Positions 61,931-64,000 of a DNA stretch of 64,000 nucleotides are shown here, one piece after another. Within the stretch, counting starts at the first letter, position 1. Each line of letters begins with the position of its first letter. The DNA comes from Eledone cirrhosa. Taxonomy: Eukaryota. Position numbers and translations under genes: made by a program. Where the stretch lies: contig OZ024742.1 in assembly GCA_964016885.1 (NCBI GenBank), positions 172,112,001 to 172,176,000 on the forward strand, written 5' to 3'. The notes beneath the pieces were generated by a model. The model saw only the letters and a list, made by a program, of their open reading frames with translations, did not search any database and was not told the DNA's origin.

Positions 61931-62032
61931 TATATTAAAACTTTTATACTCTGCAATGTATTGAGAACCTTACTGTGGTTACCTCCGATTCAACCCGGAA
62001 TAACGTATATATAAATATATATATATATATAA

Positions 62033-62192
<160 letters not shown>

Positions 62193-62203
62193 TATTAATA
62201 TCG

Positions 62204-62235
<32 letters not shown>

Positions 62236-62541
62236 TATAAATATGTATATATAAATATATATATATATATAAGTATATATATATATATATATATATATAA
62301 ATATATATATAAATATATATATAAATATAGAGATATATATATAAATATAGAGAGATATATTTTAATTTTAATTATATCTCATATAAAATATAACAACTGG
62401 CTTTCCACAAAATACATATAGTTGGCACCCCAGACACTAAATTGGGTTTATACTAACGTATAACCTAATGTTTGTTGAGTGAGATGGTTACCAGTCGGAG
62501 TTTAGCGTAAAGCTTTCCTGTTATTGTATTAATTATATATA

Positions 62542-62676
<135 letters not shown>

Positions 62677-62683
62677 GTATATA

Positions 62684-63323
62684 TAATGTATTTTGCAATA
62701 CACTTTATGATAAATTAAAAGCATTTTGAAGACCGTATGCTATTGTTTTAGAGTAGTGACAAATTCACTTACTTTAATCTCAGCAAACAGGGGAGATAAG
62801 CCGACAAGGCCTTGTTTCGCATTTGTTGAAGCTTATCAAGGCTAACTACACCTCCTGTCTAGTGAGATTACTGATGTTATATTCTTATAGAATTCTAGTA
62901 TACGGTCTTCAAAATGCTTTTAATTAAGCATAAAGTGTATTGCAAAATACATTATATATACATCCATATATATATTGCTATTTCAGAGCTCCAATTCTAA
63001 TTTTTAATTACTGCCTGACCAACAATCGCTCTGTATAATCAGCTCCTGATTATTTACTAGAATCCTATAAGAATATAACATCAGTAATCTCAGTAGATAG
63101 CAGGGGTAGTTAGCCTTGATAAGCTTCAACAAAAGCGAAACAAGGCCCTTGTCGGCTTATCTCCCCTGTTTGCTGAGATTAAAGTAAGTGAATTTGTCAC
63201 TACTCTAAAACAATAGCATACGGTCTTCAAAATGCTTTTAATTAAGCATAAAGTGTATTGCAAAATACATTATATATACATCCATATATATATATTGCTA
63301 TTTCAGAGCTCCAATTCTAATTT
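62684..63323. mobile_element. Inverted/duplicated pLTR derivative family O
   Basis: 62684-62900 inverted at ~63055-63273; 62900-63003 directly repeated at ~63218-63323. Confidence 0.8.
63112..63157 (+). ncRNA. Monomeric hammerhead with U3-A8 core variant; second copy 62799-62843 (-)
   Basis: agcc-TTGATAA-gctt caacaa aagc-GAAA-caag gcc cttg-TC|ggct. Confidence 0.72.

Positions 63324-64000
<677 letters not shown>

Overview
Gene-free, repeat-saturated eukaryotic window: (TA)n-rich tracts (by eye roughly a third or more of the sequence) into which many retroelements are inserted. The tRNA-head SINEs and the extreme TA content suggest an octopus/coleoid cephalopod genome (inference). Contents: Penelope-like elements (PLEs; RT + GIY-YIG) of at least three lineages, including a near-intact one at 53.4-56.7 kb; an RTE LINE with three C-terminal C2H2 fingers plus non-autonomous RTE derivatives; a Tx1/L1-like RT fragment; a deleted DD37D (maT) Tc1/mariner element; a mariner-type MITE; and a ~6 kb duplication across a 200-N gap. 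Most short unique islands between TA tracts are ORF-less, often palindromic PLE pseudo-LTR derivatives carrying type I hammerhead ribozyme (HHR) motifs. By eye I count about 20 distinct HHR sequence families and roughly 40-50 intact, degenerate or partial copies, including U3-A8 core covariants and a tandem retrozyme-like unit. The most striking feature is a hairpin at 52.1-52.9 kb whose arms differ almost only by plus-strand G-T type mismatches, consistent with an ADAR-hyperedited RNA that was reverse-transcribed into the genome. All alignments and counts were done by eye.
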